A DNA stretch of 63,309 nt, filler included, from Conidiobolus incongruus B7586 (lineage: Eukaryota), in the NCBI GenBank assembly GCA_000697335.1. It is 5 parts of 5 records of this genome, joined end to end, with 100 filler letters (N's around TTAATTAATTAA, not from the genome) between each part and the next. Parts side by side here need not be neighbours in the genome. Positions count along the whole stretch, not along the records: positions 13,846 to 18,604 come from JNEM01007213.1; positions 18,705 to 31,618 come from JNEM01007216.1; 3 more parts are not named here. One strand, written 5' to 3'. Both the position numbers and the translations under genes were made by a program. The notes beneath the pieces were generated by a model that did not search any database, was not told the origin of the DNA, and worked only from the letters and a program-made list of their open reading frames with translations. Shown piece by piece: positions 13,846-26,900 of the stretch. Numbering within the stretch: position 1 is the stretch's first letter; each line of letters begins with the position of its first letter.

Positions 13846-14715
13846 AAAATAATTAAATAATAATTAAATAAAAATATTGGATATTTTAACGCTTTGTAAT
13901 TTTTTTAATATATTAGACTATTTAATGCTTTTATTTTATAATTTTTATAAAATTTAATAAATATCCCTAATTTATAATATTTACAGCAATCAGATATTAT
14001 ATTATTTTAAAATTATATAAAATTTTTAATAATTTAGTTATTTTGATAAATTAAATTTAAATTATAAATTTATAAAATCCATATTAACAATTGATATTAA
14101 CTTAAAAAATTAATTGTTTATTAGGTTTTATTATCGAATCTATTTAATTTATATCAAATATTTTATTTATAGGTACAAATATTATAAAAAAACCAAGATT
14201 CATTAACTATAATAATTTAGTAAAAAAGCTTTTATCACTGTTTATAACTTATTATATTATATTTAACTATTTTTGTTTTATTTTTTAACTTTTAATTCTG
14301 GTTTAATATGTTTCTTTATATTATTAAAAGAAGTGATTTATATATATGTTATTTTATAATTTTAAAATTAATATTAAATTTCTTTGATAATATTCTTATT
14401 AAGTTATAAGATATTTTTGAATATATTTTTTTAATTTAAATGATATAAAATGACAATAGATAGATGTTTTTGAACGTTGTTATATTTCGAGTAATATCTT
14501 TTTTAAAATATAATTAACCAGTCTAATGATTAGTAATACTTTCGGATAATATATTATTTATGTTGTTATTTGTAAAACTTCAATAAAATAAAAATATTCT
14601 TAGATATACTTTAAAAATATCAAAATAACTTTTGAAAATTACTATTAAATTTAAAAATATATATATTTAAGAAAAATATATAGATAAATATATACTAATA
14701 AGAAAATAACTTTAA

Positions 14716-14746
<31 letters not shown>

Positions 14747-15231
14747 GAGTTTAAAAATCCCAATACTTTTCTATATTATATAAATATTTTGTTTTTATTT
14801 TTTAATTAACAGTATATTTAAAAAAAATAAATTATTAAAGATGAAATAATATATATAATTTTTTTTTATTTTGAAATTATCAATTAAATACTAAATTAAT
14901 ATTTTTTTTATTTAATCTTTTGATAATTTTTATATTTTTCATTAATTGTATATAATAATAGCTTTATATTTTATTATCAATATTCTAGTTTATTATTTAA
15001 GGAATATTATTAACCATTGGTTATATTATAAAACTAATATTAGTGCTTGGGCAAAGTAATTTATAGATATATGTTTATATTATATAAAATCAAACTATAG
15101 AGAGTTTTAGTATCAATAATTAAAAATAAAAATCCTATTTAAATTAATCTAATATATTGATATGGACCAGTAAATTTATTTAAACCAATAAAAGATTCAA
15201 ACCATTATTAATTCTTTGACTTTTGGTATAG

Positions 15232-15534
15232 TGTTGTGTTTTATATTAAGTTTTATAAATAAAGATCGTAGTTAGAAAAGTACTCAAAATATGATTTAGT
15301 AAATTATTTATTAATCCTGCTCTTTAACGTATCGGGACTGTAGGTTTGAAAACTTACTGTTGGGTTTAAATAATTGAATCAATGAATGATATGGGATTTG
15401 GATAAAATCTAATAAAGAAAATAAAGAGAACAAAGAGTATCCTTCAATTATAGACTGACAAAGTCAGCTTAAAATAGAAATAATATTGGTTTAGCTATCA
15501 AACTGGAAGAGATGATTAATTTTGAAATACAACA
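15232..15534 (-). repeat. 3' LTR of Ty3/gypsy element (~303 bp)
   Basis: Termini TGTTGT...ACAACA. On the minus strand it is immediately preceded by the polypurine tract AAAGGGGGAGAAATAA (15535-15550), just after the pol stop. Confidence 0.8.
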
Positions 15535-15570
15535 TTATTTCTCCCCCTTTTAAACTGATGCAGTCCTCTA

Positions 15571-18500
15571 TCAGTTATATTCATGTCGCACTATGTTATT
15601 CTTACGATATCGTTTTAATCGATTTTGATGTATTCCTTCCATAACAATATGCAATTTTTCATGAACTATATCATATGTAGTGTTAGATCTTACTAATAAA
15701 ACAATATAAGGTCCATCATATTTCTGATGCATTTTCTTTCTTCCTTTTGTATTTAGCAACCTAACATAATTACCAATTTTGTATTTCGGCTTAATAATTT
15801 CATCACCTTCTTGTAATTGTAATTCCTTGAACACTCGATTCTCCCTATATTCCCATTGATTAATATAGCGTTCTAATTCTGATATAGGTTTGATCCATGT
15901 ATCATCCAGAATCAAGGTACTCTCCAATAATCGTGGTTCTTGTCCGAATAATATTTCGAAAGGCGATATTCGATCCGACTGTGGCGTCACTCGGTATGCA
16001 AACAATACTTTATTAATTTCTTGGTCCCAATCCTTTGGATGGTCAATTGATAATTTTTCTAAATGTTCACATAATGTCCTATTAAATCTCTCTACTCTCC
16101 CATTAGCCTGAGGATGGTATGCTGACGTAAATCGATGTTCTACTTGAAGTATCTTGACGAGTTTTCTCATAATATCACAATCGAATTGAGGACCTCTATC
16201 AGTTGTAATGATTTTTGGAAGTCCAAAATTTAAAATAATATGGGTGTAAATAAATTCAGCAACTATCTCTGCAGTTTGTGCTTTATATGGTACAGCTATT
16301 GGCCAACGAGATTGGTATTCTGTTGCAACCAGTATATATTGATTACCATAAGTTGAAGGTTCAAACGGTCCTACAAAGTCCAATGCAATTTGTTTAAATA
16401 ATTCGTTACTTACTATATGTCTAGAAGGTACTTTTTCTATAGTTTTATCAAACATTTGGCATGTATGACACTTAGCGATAATTTCTCGAACTGTCTTATT
16501 AATTTTTGGCCACCAAAAATATTTCTGAATTAGACTTAATGTAGCTGTAATACCACAATGAGCTCCATTTGTATGGAATATTTCGGTTAATTCTTCTCGA
16601 TATTGTTGTTTTGGGATTATTTGTATCCGTTCTCCTGCTTTTCTAGTTAAGTTATCATTACGAATTGAATATCTTTTGCACTGATTCCGAAATTGTAGAA
16701 AGGTTTTGTATGATGGAAACTTTGGTGGTTTACCATATTTCAGCGTCCGGTATATCTTTAGTAAATAAGGTTCATAATCTATTTCAGTAAAATTTTCAAC
16801 CATTGCTGCGGTTTCAACCAATTGTCTACTTAATACATCTGCTGGTATGTTATCCTTTCCTGGTTTATATTCTACTTCAAAATCATAAAACTGTAATTTA
16901 TATAACCAACGAGCATGTTGATCTATTGGATTTGTTGCCTTGAGGTATTTTTTAAGTGGAGCATGATCTGTTTGAATTTTGAAATGTCGTCCAAATAAAT
17001 AAGGTCTGAAACGTTCTACCGCTAAGACAGCTGCGTACGCTTCTTTATGGACAGTCGCGTAATTCAACTCAGCTTTATTAAATTTCTTGGAATAATAGCT
17101 AATAACTGATTCTTTTTTATCTCCTGGATGTAATTGGGTAAGTACAGCACCTACTCCTAGACCCGAAGCGTCTGTTTGCAAAACAAATTCAAGATCAAAA
17201 TTTGGTAGTTTGAGAATAGGAGCAGAGATTAGTGCATTACGAAGTTGATGAAAACTCTTTTTAGCTTGTTCATCAAAATCAAAAGTATCATTAGTTTTAG
17301 TTAACTCAGTTAAGGGTTGAGCTATTTTGGAAAAATCTTTAACAAAGCGTCGGTAATAATTAACAAAGCCTAAGAATGCTCTCACCTCTTTAGCGTCTTT
17401 GAGTTCAGACCAATCTTTGATTCGTTGTATCTTAGAGGGATCAGTTTCTAAACCTTTGTTACTAATAATGTATCCTAAATAGTTGATTGAATCATATGCA
17501 AAGTAACATTTTTTAGGACTAATACATAATTGATGCTTTTCTAATCGTTCTAATACTTTTTGGATATGAATTAAGTGATCTTCTTTGGTACGACTGTAAA
17601 TTATGATATCGTCTAAGTAAACTAGAACGAAATCATATAAAAATTCCTTCATTATATTATTCATCATGGACTGAAATGTTGCTGGTGCGTTCGATAAACC
17701 GAAAGGCATGACTTTAAAAGCGAAATGATTAGTACGTGAACTAAATCCTGTTAATGGAATTGACTCTGTATCCATTGGTACTTGCCAATAACCTGAGAAT
17801 AAATCTAATGTAGTAAAAATAGTAGCCCCATTTAAGGAATCAAGCAATTCATCGATTTTAGGTAAAGGAAAAGCATTCTTGATAGTAAGATTATTTAATT
17901 CTCTATAATCAATACATAGTCGTATTTTTCCATCCTTTTTAGGAACTAATATAATTCGGAATGTCCATGGCGAATCTGACTCTTGAATAATACCGTTATC
18001 TAGCATAGATTGTAATTCTTCATCTAGCCATTTCAATTTTGCTTGTGGAAGCCGTCCTATTTTCTGTTTGATAGGGGTTATGTTTTTATCGATCAACTCG
18101 ATTCGATGAGTGATTGCTGTTGTTTTCCTTACTTTCTTAAGGTCTGTACACAGTATATTTGGGAATTTTGTCAAAAGATTAATAATGGATTCTTTATCAA
18201 TAAGAGTTCCGATATTAATTAAATCTACTTTGTTATCGATTTGAGGAGCAATTTCAGTTAAAGCAGCTGACTCAAGTCGTTGAATTGTGGGGTGTTTAAA
18301 TTTTTTTGTTCTAAGTGGATTCTTAGTCATTGTTTCTATAGTTTCTTCCTTATCACCTTGTTTTATCTTCATCATTTGGAAAGGATAATTGACTGTAGCA
18401 TATGTTTTATCTAACCAATTACGACCAAGAATAATAGGTAAATTAGGGTTATCCATCACTAAGAATTTATCTTTTATAATGATTTCTCCTACTTGGATAT

Positions 18501-18604
18501 CAACGTCTCTTATCTCCCCTGTTGTCTTTGTAGTGGCGCCTACAACTGTCAATCGTATACTAGATGGAATTACTCGTTCCTGTAAATTCACTGCCTCTAC
18601 AACC
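15571..18604 (-). mobile_element. Ty3/gypsy pol ORF (partial protease, RT, RNase H, integrase); 5' part lost in gap
   Basis: Uninterrupted ORF of more than 1000 aa: IILGRNWL (protease C-terminus), LCIDYRELN, LDLFSGYWQ, MPFGLSNAPATFQ, YLDD, TDAS and TDH (RNase H), HHCC zinc finger, integrase DFVGP/TDRG/VERFNRTL, and a GPY motif. RT-RH-IN order. No chromodomain. Confidence 0.97.
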
Positions 18605-18704
18605 NNNNNNNNNNNNNNNNNNNNNNNNNNNNNNNNNNNNNNNNNNNNTTAATTAATTAANNNNNNNNNNNNNNNNNNNNNNNNNNNNNNNNNNNNNNNN
18701 NNNN

Positions 18705-19000
18705 TCAGATATTATATCTTAATAATTAATAATAATTATTATTATTATATTATTATTACTAAATAGATGAAAATTAATAAAATATTAGCTATAAAGTAGT
18801 CTTTTTAATCTTTTTATTTTAATTTAATTAAATATTTTTGAAATTAATTAAAATTAAAATTAAAATATGCCTATTAATAAAAAATTTATATTTATTTTAA
18901 AATTATATTTAAGAAGCTTAAAATTATACTGAACTCCTCTAATATAAATAATTAATTAATATTATACTCTATAAACTTAAGGAAACACAAGAAATACAAA
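18705..19000 (+). mobile_element. Second Tc1 transposase relic fragment
   Basis: 18750-18925 aligns with 1170-1340 (ACTAAATAG...ATAAAGTAG...AATTTAATTAAATAT), the decayed WPxxSPDLNPIEHLW region. Confidence 0.65.
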
Positions 19001-22000
19001 GTAAATATATTTATTTCTTATTATTTTTTATAGTAAAAATTTATAAATTTATAACTTAATTGAAATTAATTTTGAAATATGATATATTAATTAAAAATCA
19101 ATAATATTTAGTCAAATATATTCTATTATAAATTAAAAATATTGCTTAACTATAAAATATAATATAAATTCAACTAATTAAGAATTACTTAAGTTATTAA
19201 TTAAAATATATATGATTATAATTTTATGCCATATTGTTACAAGCTAGTGTATTAATTTAGAGCAAATAAACTTAATAACTGAACTATATATACTAAAATT
19301 AACAATTAAAATGAAATATATGATTAAATTATAATAATAGACATATAAAGGGGAATTTTTATAAACTAATAATATCTCTATTATATATTTTTATTAAAAT
19401 TATCTTTTTTATCATATGAGATGAGAACAAATACAAATTTCAACATTATATTTATTAAACAATTATCACTAAATCACAATTACGATTTAATTGTTAATAT
19501 CAATAAGCTATTAATATTATTTTATAACATAATTAATATAATATAGATTTGTATTAATTCCTTAATATTTCGGGATATAAAATAAGTGATAGTGTAATAT
19601 ACAATATCATATTTAATAAATTTCTCATAAACTTACTAGATCCTAATTCAAGAAATTCATTTTTTATAGCTCCTTTATATAAATATAAGTATTTGTTCTG
19701 TTCAATTATCAATAAAATTATCAATATGCTCTTGTATTAAAATAAAAAATAATTCAATTTTGTCTTAAACTCATTTTGAGAGTTTATTTTTTATATTCAA
19801 GCCTATTAATGTTTTTTATTTTTCTAATTGCTCTTTTATCTAATAATATTTTCAATAGCATAGCTAATATAGAGAATATTGGATTTTTGATATTTTATAT
19901 TATCAACTAATATTATAAAATTTAAATACTTTTTAATAATAATTAAACAGGCTGAATATTAACCTAATAAGCATTTGTATATTATGATCAAAGGATGTAG
20001 CTCCTTTGCTAGCTATTGTCAAGAAATTGATTCTATAATTTTTTAAATAATATTTAACTTTATTATCCTTAATTTCAAAATTTTATTTACGATCAAATTT
20101 TAAGACAGCTTAATTTATTAGCATCTTTGATAAAATAAAAAAAACATTTTTTCCCCATTTAGTATTTAAAATTTTATTATTATCCTTTGATTATCATTAA
20201 TCAGTATTATTTTCCAAGATTGAGTATCATTGGTGTTAGTATCATAACCTATAAGTATTGTATATTATTAACAATATAAAGAATATTCTTAATAATAAAA
20301 CGAACTTAATAGTAATAATAACGCCATCTTATTATCACTAATTTAAACTTTTCTCAGTATTGTATTTAGTTTATCATTATATTTAACTTAGTGGTTTGGT
20401 TATTATTTCTTAGTTTCCAATATTATGAAAATATCAAAATTAAATTGTTAAGCTTTATCCTTAAATAATAATTTTAATTGGGTTTCTCTAGCAATGGGTT
20501 AATTTTATAGAGTAATTTTATAATCCTTTTGATATAACTTTATGTTTATACTAACTCTAAATTAATTAACTAATATATACTCTTAAGGATTATTTAATTA
20601 TGTAAATCACATCAATTAAACTAATAAAAATGGTTTCTCTTCTTCATCTTAATATTTTACTATTTCTAGTCTTATTTTTGTTAATCATTATTTTTCAACT
20701 ATTGATATTACCTCTATTAAAGATATAATTATATTCAACCAATTAATATTTATCATTTTCTACATTTCTATTAATTAATATATTCAAAGCGTAAATAAAG
20801 TCACTGATATATCAAACTGCTTAAACAATTTGTAATTTAAGTTTTCTTCGCATTGTACTGACTTTAACCACCAGACAATTATTATAAATTACTTAAATTA
20901 TGTTATTATATATATATATATATATTATAAATCAACCTAGAAATTTTAACATTTTAAAAGAATATTAAAGAATTCAATTATGAATATTATGATTTTAAAA
21001 CTAATTTTAAATCATACTTTTTAAAAAAACAAATATAAAAATATATCTAAATTAATATTTTAATATTTTTTTTAATTTATGATAATTTTATAAATAATTA
21101 AATCATTTAGAAATTTAAATTAAATTAAATAGTACTAGTCTTTGATAAATTGAATTCTATTAATATAACTTTAATGAAATTTTAATTCAAGTCTGCTATA
21201 ATATTATTTTCAAGTTTGTTAATATCCCCTTGTTTAAATCTAGGTTAAATTGTTTTTATTTTTTTGTAAGTGCCTTTATCTCTTTTTATTATATTTTTCT
21301 TATTTAATTAATAGTAATCTAATACAGTTTGTAATAAAATAATTCTAAAATTAAAATAGATTTTTTATAAGCGTTTTTATTTGATTTTACTCCTTGATAT
21401 TTTAATATTGAATTATAATTTTTAATTTATTTTTTTACTAGTAAATTTATAATGTTTAATTTTTTTATCAATAAAGGCTGTTTGCTAAATAATAAAAATT
21501 GAAGGAGTTCTATTATAAAAATATTATATGTATCTTTTAAGTTATTATATTTGAAATATAGTCATGATTTAATATCTGAAATGATCTCATCCTTAAGGGA
21601 CTTTTTTATAAGGTATTTAATTTATTATTTAAGGTGGTATTTGGTATATTAAATTTCTTTTCGATAGAATATATTTCGAAATATAAGTTTCTGATAAAAT
21701 AAATAATTTTTTTATGTTAAAGACTAAAGAAAGTTTCAATCCACCTAGAATTCATATAATTCCAACTATTACATATTAATCATAATATATAAAATTATTT
21801 TATAGTATATCAACTTTTTCATATAACTCAAAGGCAAAATTTTAATCAGAATCAATGATATTTGAGTTAGAAAGATAAAAATATGTTTATTAATATATTA
21901 AGAGGTTAATTATTAGAGTTAATTATATATCCTAATTTAGGAATTAATATAGATTAATACTGTTTATTTAATAATAATCATCTCTTTTTCTTCTTATTAC

Positions 22001-23078
22001 CTCAATTAAATTAAATTATATTTTTTTTTCTTCAAAGCATTTTTTAATATTATAACTATTGTATTTCTCTTTTTACTAATTGTTTATTAACTTTACAAAT
22101 ATATATTATTTCAAATTAGGTTTTATAATTTAAAAATACTCTAATTTTGGTAGTAAAAATGATAGCTTATTTAAGCCTTAATTGAATATTATTAGTTATT
22201 CTCAGAATCTGTGGAAATTCTAATAATATTAATAAAAAAACATTAATATTTAATTTATAAATGTTTATACTAATTTCTTATTTTAATTTTTATTAAATAA
22301 ATAATAGATTTTGCATTTTTTATAGTTGTTAATTTAGATATTTATATATATCAAAATAATTTATTAAAAGATTTTAGAAAGTTTATCACTAATGTTATAT
22401 TAAGTACCTAATCTGTTAATAAGAATTTGATGATATTGATTTTATAAAGGTTATAATAATAATAATAATAGTAATAATATTTTTTAATATAAACTTTAAT
22501 ATAATAGTTAAATATTAATAAATGTAATATTTAAAATTATAACAATACTGAATTAATATAATATATCGATTTTTGACACATTTCTTAATATTAATTGAAC
22601 AAAATTTGAATCGAATAAATTAATTTGAAATTTATGCAATCAGTAATTTTTATTCAATATTGAACCAAATGAAAATTCATTTCGATGCATATTGTCTTCA
22701 AAAAGCATAAGAAATATATACTTTGATTGAATGCTGAAGGAATGGAAAAATAATGAAATAATCCAATATGATAAAGATAGATAAATATTAACTTAATAAA
22801 GGAGATAAATAAATTTTTGAATTAATTAACAGTGTTTATTTTACAAATTTTGATAAACAATATATTTAATTACAATAATGATATGGAGAGGTGATTAAAT
22901 CGATGATATTTCATTGTGAAATAATATCCTATTTAAATATAAGTGATACACACAGTTATATATATTAGTAAATATCGTAATGTTTCATGATAATCAGTTG
23001 TTTGTTTAACTAGTCCCGCTTTCAATAATTTCTTGGTCATCTCAATAACAAATAATTTATCTTCAATACAATTTACAA

Positions 23079-23975
23079 TTAGTGGTCAATATTTGCTAAT
23101 AAGAGTTTCATGTCAACGATCTCTTCCCGTAATCTGAGAATACATTCTTCCAGTTGAGAATTCTCCATATTCAAGGATTCAATGAGAGCTCGAGTCGTTT
23201 TGAGATATTCTCTCTTCTTTTTGCGGCATTTGGCAGCTGCTTCTCTATTTTTGATTAATTTTAGCATTTTGCTATCGTCTGTGCATCTATTATTCCCTTT
23301 AATCTGGGATGTTTTATGATTAGAGCTCCCGGTCTTATTAAGCGGAGATGGAATGGAAGAATCGGATGAGGAGTCGTAAGTCGAGGTTGGGATGGATTGA
23401 GTGGGATACATGGAAGGAAGGTGAGTAAGAGACCCAGTACCACTGATACAAGTTGGGTCCACTGAGGAGGATGAGCTCAGTTCAGTATCATTGGAGTAGT
23501 TAGATTGTGAAAATGAAGTAAATTGGTATCCATTTGTCAATGGTTGGAAACATTCCAGATCCGAAGATTGTTGAGGAGAAGTATAGAGAGCGCCCCACGG
23601 GATGGAATTAGATTCAGCCATCATTTCAGGGTATTGTTGATACATTAAGCCAGTCGTGTCATAGGAAGGAAGATACAGTTTACTGCAATTAAGGAGTTCT
23701 GTCAGTTGTTCGGGAGTATAGTGAATATTTTGAGCACCCATATCAACAGATGAAGTATTGAAGTTGGAGTTATTGTAAAAAGAATCGATTACATTCATGG
23801 GCTGATAGCATGAATACATGTTATCGCTCTGAGGTGAGAGAGGCAATTTAGATGGTGTTTTATTTTTAAGCATGTACATATGCTGGTCTAATTCCAAGTG
23901 TCTATTAATATCGTTAGAGACACTTAGGCTAGAGTTTTGGTCAAATTGGCATTGGGATTCGGCGAACGAAGTCAT
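23079..23975 (-). CDS. ATF/CREB-type bZIP transcription factor
   Basis: Intronless 298-aa ORF with an S/Q-rich low-complexity N-terminus, a basic region KNREAAAKCRKKKREY and a leucine zipper (L..ENSQLEECILRLREEIVDMK). Confidence 0.9.
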   Translation of the reverse strand: MTSFAESQCQFDQNSSLSVSNDINRHLELDQHMYMLKNKTPSKLPLSPQSDNMYSCYQPMNVIDSFYNNSNFNTSSVDMGAQNIHYTPEQLTELLNCSKLYLPSYDTTGLMYQQYPEMMAESNSIPWGALYTSPQQSSDLECFQPLTNGYQFTSFSQSNYSNDTELSSSSSVDPTCISGTGSLTHLPSMYPTQSIPTSTYDSSSDSSIPSPLNKTGSSNHKTSQIKGNNRCTDDSKMLKLIKNREAAAKCRKKKREYLKTTRALIESLNMENSQLEECILRLREEIVDMKLLLANIDH

Positions 23976-26900
23976 TGCTAAGTTTTTTAGTGAAGAATCA
24001 ATTGAATTTGATCAAATTCCTGAATGTTTTGGGACTAAGATTAAGTTCTTTTATACTAAACTTTGTGTGGATCTGATTGGTTTAATCATTGACAAACCAG
24101 CTAGGAGACTCCACCTTATTGGTTGATCAAATATTTTTTTTGGATCGAAATTTTCAGAATCAGGTGTGATCAAATTCGACCAATCAAAAGGCCATGATGG
24201 ATTCTGGATGATTTCATAATATGTAAGCAAACAACACTCTTTATAATTATTTCTCAGTTTGATGAATAAATGTAAGTGAAAATAACAAAAATTATTAGAT
24301 TTGAATTTGTCCACATGTCCCCTGACCAAATCTTAATTCTTCTAGAATTTACCGAGATTGAGAACGGAAGTCATTACAAAGATAATGTGCTCTATTTCCC
24401 TTCAAAATAAAGTATTTAATCTATCATCATTTCAGAAATATATATTTTAAATAGTGGTAGTATACAGTTTCGTAATTTGTTATCTATCACTCATTAGAAA
24501 ATACCATATTCGTCATTTTTATCTTTTAAATATTATGAAATCATCGAATGTTGTAATTGACAAAAATCAAAATGAATTCATTTTAAAACAGGAATATTAT
24601 TGTGTTTGTCTTACTCCTGAGAAATATTGGTACATATTTACTAATTTGTATGGCAATTATCACTTAAATTTATAAAATAAACAAGAAACTGATTAAATTT
24701 TTAGTCAATAATGACGATAACTAGAGTTGGAATAATATGTTATACACTGTAATATATTGAAATTTTTAATATATTGAATCATTAAATATATGTAATATGA
24801 AAAATTCAAATGATATAATTTAAACCTATTGATATTGGTCGAATATGGGGCTTAAGTTATTTGTAATCGTATCACTGATCATCCATTTCTTGTTTTTCAA
24901 AAATCAAACTTTCAGAATAGATTAAGGGTAATTATTATTATTATTATTATTATTGTTAATATAATCCTATATAATTAAGTAGACTAGTTCTCCCTATGAC
25001 ATCATTATATCAAACTACCTTGATAAGGTTTCAAGACGATAAGAATACGTGTTAAATTGATTTAAGTTAAAAATTGTCAATTTTAATCATATTTCCATGT
25101 GATTGGTTTAAATGATGATGTAATGTCATCAATAATTATAAAAAATTTTGAAAATTTAAACAAATAGGAATTTATGAGAATATCATGATAATGGATTAGA
25201 TGCAAGTAATATTATCCAATAATTTTTACTTTAAGCAATCTCTCTTGAGGCCTAAGATCGATGAATAATATGACGATGAATGATTAATTGAATCAACTTT
25301 GATTTGCATTTGTTATCAACCTACTTAATTAGTAAATTCGAGTTACTTAATTTGAAAGTATTTTTCTTGTGTCCATTATGATCAGATCAAATCAAATCTA
25401 ATAGAAATAGAAGTTCAGATCAAAATCTATTAGTTTTATTCAATAAAATTATTCAAAATAGTTAAATTAAATTGAGAAAAACTTTAGATAAAGTAACTTT
25501 AACTACCTTGAGCTAAATTCACAATATTAATTTAATAAATTGTATAAACTTTATATAAATCATAATACCTGTTATGTAACTATGTTAACATAAATAATAA
25601 TTTCAACTGAAAAATAATAAATTTATGAAAAAGGAAATGATAATACTGATTATAGTGTGATTGAAATTAATATTGTGCCCCAAAATAATTGTTTATATTA
25701 TAAATATCAACTTGAATTGTAATAAATACTTCAGATTTAAGTATGTTAACTTTTTAAAATATATTAGGTTGTATATAACTGAATAAGTGTTATACATTCT
25801 TCATGTGATATAATCACTATATTTAATGATAAATATCTAAATATATTTATTAAATACTGTATTATATAAAGACCCTTAATCTTAAACCATCAGAGGATAA
25901 TGCTATAATTTTATACTCAAATATACCAAAACAATTAATATGATTGAGGTTAATGTAGTAAATTCTTTAAAATGTTTTTGTAAATAGAGATTAAAATTAA
26001 GTGAGGCTTATTGATTTGTAAATTTCCGTGTATTTAATGAATTATATTTGAATATCATTTTTAATATTAACTCTATTTATTTATAATTGGTATGAGACAT
26101 TAGAATATAATTCTAAAGTGGTTAAAACATATTATAGAAAACAGTTTTACAAGGTTTTATTGAGTTATAAATTCAATGATTTAATAATTTTGAGAATATT
26201 CAATAGAATCTAACTTGAAAATTTTTAATTCAGAATAATTCAATTTCATTAATAAAAATAAAATTCAAAGAGATTTAATTATTCTAAATTATTTTAATAA
26301 TCAAAATTAAATTTTATAATATAAATAAAAATTTGAAAAAAAAATTAGAATATATAAAAAATATATACAAATTATTAATTCACTTTATCTAATGGCAATC
26401 GTGATTAAATCTAATATACACATATATTTTTCCCTCAGTATGTTTATTTCAATTAAATTTCATATTAAATCCAATAAACGAAACTATATATAGTAAAAAT
26501 CGTTCTCTTAATGAAATCAAGTGCAATATATTGATATTGCAATCTGTTAAATTCAATTTTATTCCATTATTAAATTCCAATTATTGAGCAATTATATTAA
26601 CTCATTAATTTGATTAAATTTGATATAAAATAGCATTTTTATTCATTAATCAACCATTAACTCAAAAGCATAGTACAAATCAATCATATCATTTTATCCG
26701 ACTACATATTTGTACATATCCACTCAAGAAATAAATTTAATTGATTTTATATATTTTTTAACTTTTAACTCAAAACTATATATTGAACTTGAAGTTTAAA
26801 GTTATTTTTCTATTATTGAATTATAATTATAATTATAATATTGATTAATAAAAACTTTAATTTTATTTTAAACAATATATAAATATTTGTATGGTATGAT

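Noticed and set aside
13846..15230. AT-rich blocks that look like further TE relics (also 21000-22460 and 62156-62750)
   Set aside because: Probably decayed repeats, but I could not recover convincing motifs or termini to classify them.
22126..22160. Inverted similarity to ~32450-32487
   Set aside because: Only about 30 bp of mostly A/T sequence, and the alignment does not extend.
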